A DNA stretch of 64,000 nt, from contig OY763927.2 of NCBI GenBank assembly GCA_963667665.2, forward strand, positions 1,312,001 to 1,376,000. The letters are read 5' to 3'. Shown here piece by piece: positions 57,789 through 64,000 of the stretch. The position numbers and the translations under genes are program-made. Below the pieces are notes generated by a model, which saw nothing but the letters and a program-made list of their open reading frames with translations, was not told the DNA's origin and did no database searches. The DNA is from Nitrosopumilus sp. Lineage in GTDB: Archaea; Thermoproteota; Nitrososphaeria; Nitrososphaerales; Nitrosopumilaceae. Numbering within the stretch: the first letter of the stretch is position 1; each line of letters opens with the position of its first letter.

Positions 57789-60743
57789 TTAAATTTTTTC
57801 TTTTAATTCATCTACTTTTTGATCATATTTACCATCTGAAAATCTATTTGCAAATTCATATGCATCTAGAGCACGAACAAAATCTCCAGAAGACTCTATA
57901 ATTTTACCTTTTTGAGCCCAAAGTTCAGTGTCAAATTTGGCTTTATCTATAGCAGTGTTAATTGAACGCTCTGCTTCACGATATTCTTCAATTGATAATA
58001 AAATATCAGTGGATGAAATTAAATATTCAAGTATTTTCTGTTCAAATACATTCCTAAATTGTTGATTTTTTTTAACTTGATCCATGTCAGTTATTTTTAA
58101 GAATATAAGAGAAACATCTTTGTGCCATATTACATAATCATCATAATCAGGATGTTTATCTTGTTCAATAGTTTTAAAATGAGAAATTGCACATTTATCA
58201 ATTATCTCCAAAAAATTGTGTATGTCTATATCATTAACAGATAAATTAAACTTTTTAAAATACTTCAATTCATTACTAATTGCATTATTTATTTTATTAC
58301 ATGTTCTTTCTGCAGTCTCATAATCAGAATGTTCAAAAGATAAATAAAATTTTATTAATACTAAATCGTTTTTAGACATACTATTTGTGAATGAATCTAA
58401 ATATGCAATTGTATGTAAATAATTTTCTTCATTCTCAAAAATTATTTCCTTGTTAAGATTCAAATCAATAGAATCTTGTAATGATATTACTAATTTTGGA
58501 TTATTTTGTTCAGAGTTTGATTTTAAATCAATTTCATCTAAGTTAAGCTTAACTAAAAATAATTTAACATTAGCATTAAGATCATCAGGGTTGATGTCAA
58601 TAATATTTTGACATTGAATTTCAGCTATACTAAATTTTTTATTTAAAAGAAAAGTATCACATATCTTATGAGAAATTTCAGCATCGTCAGATTTAAATTC
58701 TTTAAATTCATCTAAAACTTTTTTAGATGTTGAAAGATCACCAATTTTTTCTAATTTTATTGCTTTGACAGCATATGCATCAGGTCTTGATATATCAGAA
58801 TCTAAAACATTTTCAACTTTTAATATGTATGAATCACCTGTTGAATACAATTCCTCATAATAATAATCAGAAATTCCCCAAGCAAAAATGTAATTTTTTC
58901 TCTCATCCCAAATTTGTTGATGAATATCAGATTCAAGAGAATAAAAAACCAGATAGTCAATATCATAATATTCAATATATTTTTGAAACGAAATTTGGTC
59001 AAAAAACATAGGAAGAACAACAGAACTTAAATCAGTTTTTAAAGAGACTAGGTAAGGGTGATTAGTACCCATAGTTGCATTGAGATCAATTTCATTATTT
59101 ATAAAATTATTAATAATTTTTGCATCATTATTTTCTATTTTAAAAGTTAAAGCGTGAGAATTAATTTTTTCAAGTCCATAAGACATATCAATAATAAGAA
59201 TAACTGAAATGGAAATCAAAATTAAATAACAAACATTTCTTGTAGAAATATTTTTAAAAACTATTAAATTTTTTAAAGTGTGATTATCAAAGTTAAATCG
59301 GTTTAATAGAACAATAAAAATTTTTTCTGCACCAATTATTGCAAGAGGTAAAAGAAGAAGAAGTTGAAGTAAAAAATGTTTATGTGAAGGAACTAATCGT
59401 CCTGAATTCAGTGAGTATAAATAAACTATTATCAAAGTTATAAAAGAGCTTATTAAAATGAATTTTTGAAATCGTGAAGTATTATCTAAAAAGTTATTTG
59501 AAAATTTGTAAAATAAAAATATCAAAATTATAGGAAAAATGAATATAAAGAAAATTTGTAAAGTAAGTAGAGTAGAATGACTGAACAGAACATCTTCACC
59601 TTGAGAACTAAATTGTGAATTGACCTCAGAGATTTGCCAAACAATAAGATACAGAATAATCACAACAGAAAAATAAATCAAACCTTTTTTAACAGATTTT
59701 CTAGATATATTTTTGAAGGAAATAAAGGAAAAACCAGCAAATACTAATATAAAAATTACAATTAAACCTATATGAAAAAAGGAAAACATTTCATTAAAAA
59801 CACCTCCAAATACATCAAATGGTAAAAAAGGTTGAGGCAATATATCAAAATCAATTTTTGCAGATGAAACAACATTTGTTGGTAAGTAAGAAACATCATC
59901 ACTTATTGTAGGTAAAAATGATAGATAGTTTGATAATTTATCAGTTAATGGAAGATATAATCCCCATCCTATATCTTGAAAATAATAATAATTACGTATG
60001 AACCAAGGAATAAAAATTACAAGTCCAATTAAATTCGATATTAATATTCCTTTAAATTCTCTATTTAGTAATAGAAAAATATTGTAACTAAGTATGATGT
60101 ATAATCCAAAAGGATGAGTCAGGTAGGCTAATCCAAAAAATAATCCAGAAATTATATATTCAGTTTTTTTTTTTCCAAAGAAAAAAAATGGAGTAATTAT
60201 AAAAATATACATTAGAGGATACAATAAAATTCTTGTAGAACTCCATTCAAACCATGGCACAAATAATATTAATGAAGTAGATAACATAGCTGGAAACAAA
60301 CCAAACTTTTTTTTCAATAAAAAGAAAAATAAAACTAGAAAAAATGATGAAAGAATATTATTGAAATAACTTCCTGTTACCCATAATTCTTCCAGAGGGG
60401 GATTTATTAATTCAAGAAAACCTCCCAGCCCAATGTAATAAAGCGGTCCTTTAACAACCATCGGGTATTCGGCATTAGGATAATGTTCAATTAATTTGTC
60501 AACAGAAAATTTGGGATTATGATAGGAAGTTGTATCAAAGAAAAATTTTCCAGTCTTACGAAAATTCTCTGCAACAGATAAATTTATTCCATCATCAGCT
60601 ACCCAAACGACTTCGAGAAAATTTGTGCGTAAGTATGAGGCGATAAGAGAGTTGCCAATAATTAAAAATAATATAAACAAAATTTGTATTATTAAAAGTA
60701 ATTTTTGATTTTTTATGTTGTTAAGCAGTTTATATTTAGACAA
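57789..60743 (-). CDS. GT-C fold glycosyltransferase (PMT/ArnT-like) with C-terminal TPR region
   Basis: DD motif after the first TM, PLY, many TMs, PWFIRN, TPR-like C-terminus. Confidence 0.75.
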   Translation of the reverse strand: MSKYKLLNNIKNQKLLLIIQILFILFLIIGNSLIASYLRTNFLEVVWVADDGINLSVAENFRKTGKFFFDTTSYHNPKFSVDKLIEHYPNAEYPMVVKGPLYYIGLGGFLELINPPLEELWVTGSYFNNILSSFFLVLFFFLLKKKFGLFPAMLSTSLILFVPWFEWSSTRILLYPLMYIFIITPFFFFGKKKTEYIISGLFFGLAYLTHPFGLYIILSYNIFLLLNREFKGILISNLIGLVIFIPWFIRNYYYFQDIGWGLYLPLTDKLSNYLSFLPTISDDVSYLPTNVVSSAKIDFDILPQPFLPFDVFGGVFNEMFSFFHIGLIVIFILVFAGFSFISFKNISRKSVKKGLIYFSVVIILYLIVWQISEVNSQFSSQGEDVLFSHSTLLTLQIFFIFIFPIILIFLFYKFSNNFLDNTSRFQKFILISSFITLIIVYLYSLNSGRLVPSHKHFLLQLLLLLPLAIIGAEKIFIVLLNRFNFDNHTLKNLIVFKNISTRNVCYLILISISVILIIDMSYGLEKINSHALTFKIENNDAKIINNFINNEIDLNATMGTNHPYLVSLKTDLSSVVLPMFFDQISFQKYIEYYDIDYLVFYSLESDIHQQIWDERKNYIFAWGISDYYYEELYSTGDSYILKVENVLDSDISRPDAYAVKAIKLEKIGDLSTSKKVLDEFKEFKSDDAEISHKICDTFLLNKKFSIAEIQCQNIIDINPDDLNANVKLFLVKLNLDEIDLKSNSEQNNPKLVISLQDSIDLNLNKEIIFENEENYLHTIAYLDSFTNSMSKNDLVLIKFYLSFEHSDYETAERTCNKINNAISNELKYFKKFNLSVNDIDIHNFLEIIDKCAISHFKTIEQDKHPDYDDYVIWHKDVSLIFLKITDMDQVKKNQQFRNVFEQKILEYLISSTDILLSIEEYREAERSINTAIDKAKFDTELWAQKGKIIESSGDFVRALDAYEFANRFSDGKYDQKVDELKEKI

Positions 60744-60776
60744 TTCTTAAAACCAAAAACTATTCTAATCAAATGA

Positions 60777-61583
60777 TTATTCTAGAATGGCATAAGATGG
60801 AGAAGGAGAAAAATTAAATCGTTTAAGTCTAATGTTGTGGATTCCCAATTCTTCTATAACAGCAATAGTTTCACCAGGCCAATTTGGATGATTTAATTCA
60901 TCGAAAGATATGATAGCACCTTTAGGCATTCGTGGTAAAAGAAGTTTTAATGCTACTTTTGTTCCTGAATAGATATCTAAATCTAAATTCAACAAACTTA
61001 CAACTAGGTGTGGGTTTTCTTTAAGATATTTTGGGAGAGTTTTTGTAACATCACCTTTTACTAATTCTACTTTGGGACTTTGATTTTGGTATCTGTCACG
61101 ATCATAAAGAGAAATGGATTTTAAAAGATCGTCATAGGAATCTACATAATTTCCTTGTTTTTTTGGAGTTTTCATTCCACGAGATTTTTCAATAGATTTT
61201 GAAATGTTATCTTTTCCAGAAATAGAAGGAAAGCCAGAAAAAGTATCAAATCCAATAATTTTTCTTGAATAATTTGAAGGTTCATAGATAGAACTTAATT
61301 TTGCCCAAGACATCAAACCGCCACCAAACAGAACACCTAGCTCTAAAATAGAACCATGAACGTTTAGAATTTTTTTAAAAACTTCAACTCGAAACAAAAA
61401 ATTTCTTAAATCCAATTCAGTAACATATTTTGGAAATTGTGAAATCTTTACATAATCAGTTCCTACAGAATTCTGATAATAGTTTGAAATCTCATCTTTA
61501 TAATCAACATTTCTCTTTAAATGTAGAATTCCTTTGTAAGAATTTTTCTTTTTTTGTGTCATGATATCACAGAAAAAATCCAC
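60777..61583 (-). CDS. TylF/MycF-family methyltransferase-related protein
   Basis: ELGV, GFDTFSGFP, LVKGD, DLDIY, DE...WPGET. Confidence 0.85.
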   Translation of the reverse strand: MDFFCDIMTQKKKNSYKGILHLKRNVDYKDEISNYYQNSVGTDYVKISQFPKYVTELDLRNFLFRVEVFKKILNVHGSILELGVLFGGGLMSWAKLSSIYEPSNYSRKIIGFDTFSGFPSISGKDNISKSIEKSRGMKTPKKQGNYVDSYDDLLKSISLYDRDRYQNQSPKVELVKGDVTKTLPKYLKENPHLVVSLLNLDLDIYSGTKVALKLLLPRMPKGAIISFDELNHPNWPGETIAVIEELGIHNIRLKRFNFSPSPSYAILE

Positions 61584-61650
61584 TTTTTATGGTTTACGAA
61601 AAGATTCATTATTAGATATACACATTAAGCCTGTTTTATGAATAGCTTTC

Positions 61651-62307
61651 TCATTTTTTAATTATATATTTAGGATGTTTCGAAAAAGGAAATTCAAGGA
61701 TTTCGATATTCTCATCTTTGAAATAATCATCCACAGCTTTAGTTTCACCAGGAAATTTTTCATAATCATCAAGAATCAAAATTCCACCAGAAGAAAGTTT
61801 TGGGTATAATGATTCCAATATTGCTACAGATGGTTCATAAATATCGACATCAAGATTGAGAAGAGATATTTTCAAATCAGAATGTTTTTTGATATATTCT
61901 GGAACGCTTTTAGTTATATCACCTTTAACTAATTCAACATAATTTTTAACATCTTTATGAGAAAGTACTGAATGTAATTGTTCTGTAGAAATACAATTTT
62001 CACCAGCATCACTGATAAATTTATCACGAGGACTAAAATCTTGTTCAAAATTAGTTTGAGGAAATTTTTCAAATGTATCAAAACCAATTACTTTTTTGTT
62101 AATATCAAACAATTTCAAAAAAGTTGCAAATCGACTTAATGACACACCTTTAAAAACACCACAATCAACTATGTCTCCAGGAATTTTTAAAGTCATTTTA
62201 AACAATTCATAATGAATTATAATTTTTCCAATTCTTGATGGATCACAGGAAAGATAAAAATCATTTTCATATTCAAATGATTTATCAAAATCAGGTAAAT
62301 CAAACAT
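61651..62307 (-). CDS. TylF/MycF-family methyltransferase-related protein
   Basis: GDIVDCGVFKG, GFDTF, DVDIYEP, DDY..FPGET. Confidence 0.85.
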   Translation of the reverse strand: MFDLPDFDKSFEYENDFYLSCDPSRIGKIIIHYELFKMTLKIPGDIVDCGVFKGVSLSRFATFLKLFDINKKVIGFDTFEKFPQTNFEQDFSPRDKFISDAGENCISTEQLHSVLSHKDVKNYVELVKGDITKSVPEYIKKHSDLKISLLNLDVDIYEPSVAILESLYPKLSSGGILILDDYEKFPGETKAVDDYFKDENIEILEFPFSKHPKYIIKK

Positions 62308-62415
62308 AAATATTAAAAAATTTAACGTCTTAAAATCATAACTATTAACAAAATGTCAATATATCATAAGATTTTTTTAAAATCAAAATAGACTAAGTTA
62401 AATAATGATTTAGGA

Positions 62416-63027
62416 ATGATGACAACAATGAATCTGGTTTTTGAAAAGGAAATTAAGAACAATATTAAAAAGAGTGCATCAACTATAGAAAAAATCTCAT
62501 CTCAAATTAATCAAATTGATGAATCAATAAACAAGATTTTAGATTGTTACCAGAAAGGAAAAAAAGTTATAATATTTGGAAACGGTGGGAGTGCAGCAGA
62601 TGCACAACATATTGCGGCAGAATTCATTGGAAGGTTTTATTTAGAGAGAGAGAGCTACCCTGCTATTGCTCTCACAACAGATACATCTATTCTAACCTCA
62701 CTTGGGAATGATTATTCATTTGATGTGATTTTTAGTAGACAATGTGAAAGTCTAGTTTCAAAAGGAGATGTAGTAATTGGAATTTCAACAAGTGGAAAAT
62801 CTCAAAATGTGAAAAATGGATTAATTGAAGCAAAAAAGAAAGGTGCAATTACCATAGGACTTTTAGGAAATAGTGGTGGAACAATTAAAAAAATTACAGA
62901 TATTCCAATTATTGTAGATTCTAATGAAACACCTAGAATACAGGAAGCACATAGAACAATTTATCATATAATTTGTGAAGCAGTTGAAAAAAAATTATCA
63001 ATCAGTAGATCTGGAAAGAAGAAATGA
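62416..63027 (+). CDS. gmhA: D-sedoheptulose-7-phosphate isomerase
   Basis: [26 protein letters not shown]. Confidence 0.93.
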   Translation: MMTTMNLVFEKEIKNNIKKSASTIEKISSQINQIDESINKILDCYQKGKKVIIFGNGGSAADAQHIAAEFIGRFYLERESYPAIALTTDTSILTSLGNDYSFDVIFSRQCESLVSKGDVVIGISTSGKSQNVKNGLIEAKKKGAITIGLLGNSGGTIKKITDIPIIVDSNETPRIQEAHRTIYHIICEAVEKKLSISRSGKKK

Positions 63028-63740
63028 CAGATAAATTTTTAGAAAATAAAAAATGTTTGATCACTGGTGCCACTGGAGGAATTGGTAAAGAGATATCAAA
63101 ACTTTTGATTGATAATGGATGTGATGTTTTCATAACTGGAAGAAACAAGAATAAATTGGAAAAGTTACAAGAAGAACTAAATAGTAAAAATAAAATTGGT
63201 TTTGAATCAGGGGATTTAACAAAAAAGGAAGATATTCAAAGAATAATTAAAAAAATAAGAACAAGTTTTGGTGAAATTGATATTTTAATTAATTGTGCAG
63301 GAATTTTTTTTATTGAGCCTTTATCTACTTCTAAAATTGAAGATTTTGAAAATTGTTTAAAAATTTCAGTAATTGCTCCATTTATTTTTTCTAAAGAATT
63401 TTCTCAAGAAATGATAAGGAAAAAATGGGGTAGAATTATCAATATTGGATCTTCATCATCATATAGTGGTTTTAAAAATGGTTCAATTTATTGTTCATCA
63501 AAGCATTCTATTTTAGGGCTATCAAGAGCTTTACATCAAGAATTAAAAGAAAATAATGTAAGAGTTCTTTGTATCTCTCCAGGTTCTACTCAAACAGACA
63601 TGGGAAAATTATCAACTGATCAAGATTTTAGTACATTCCTGAAACCAAAAGAAGTTGCAGAATACATTATTTTTGCAATGAAATTTGATAATGAATTAAT
63701 TATTGATGAAAGTCGTTTAAATCGTATTACACTAAAATAA
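63024..63740 (+). CDS. short-chain dehydrogenase/reductase
   Basis: [17 protein letters not shown]. Confidence 0.9.
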   Translation: MTDKFLENKKCLITGATGGIGKEISKLLIDNGCDVFITGRNKNKLEKLQEELNSKNKIGFESGDLTKKEDIQRIIKKIRTSFGEIDILINCAGIFFIEPLSTSKIEDFENCLKISVIAPFIFSKEFSQEMIRKKWGRIINIGSSSSYSGFKNGSIYCSSKHSILGLSRALHQELKENNVRVLCISPGSTQTDMGKLSTDQDFSTFLKPKEVAEYIIFAMKFDNELIIDESRLNRITLK

Positions 63741-63748
63741 AAAATGGA

Positions 63749-64000
63749 TTAGAGATTTCGTAATTTCTTCATTACAGGTATTTCAGAATCCCATACACGT
63801 TTTACACCATCACCTAAAATAGATTCTATCTTTCTGAGATCTCTAACCATGCGTCGTAAACCATCAAATTCTAAAGATGCTGGATGATCTGAACCATACA
63901 TAGATCTGTCTAATGTAATATGTCTCTCAAAAGTAGTAGCACCTAAAACTGCGGCAGCTAGACAAACAAGATATGAAGCAGTTTCATGTCCACTATATCC
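63749..64000 (-). CDS. NeuB-family nonulosonate synthase, 3' part (partial; not in ORF track)
   Basis: GYSGHE...FERHITLDRSMYGSDHPASLE...KKLRNL*. Confidence 0.9.
   Translation of the reverse strand, partial: GYSGHETASYLVCLAAAVLGATTFERHITLDRSMYGSDHPASLEFDGLRRMVRDLRKIESILGDGVKRVWDSEIPVMKKLRNL

Overview
AT-rich archaeal chromosomal window from a Nitrosopumilus-like marine ammonia-oxidising archaeon (Nitrososphaerota). The assignment rests on the adjacent 4-hydroxybutyryl-CoA dehydratase and ADP-forming ligase of the 3HP/4HB cycle, a split-subunit-II heme-copper oxidase operon with a double blue-copper protein, archaeal ribosomal/translation genes and a CFI-box-CTERM protein. Layout: about 1-4800 is a variable island (structured non-coding stretch, Excalibur-type surface protein, two 5'-truncated genes joined head-to-head, Holliday-resolvase-like nuclease pair, PIN nuclease). 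4800-13900 holds surface and secreted proteins, two of which share an identical 362-bp repeat cassette. 14000-55700 is mostly core genome with five tRNAs (Leu, Ala, Val, Lys, Arg). About 55800-64000 is the start of a very AT-rich glycosylation island. Best leads: a membrane protein with two exact AmoC/PmoC-type D-x3-H-x12-H motifs, three candidate structured ncRNAs, the shared cassette, a histidine kinase interrupted by an in-frame TAA, and several Cys/His-rich microproteins missed by the ORF track. All calls are by eye from motifs; no database searches were run.
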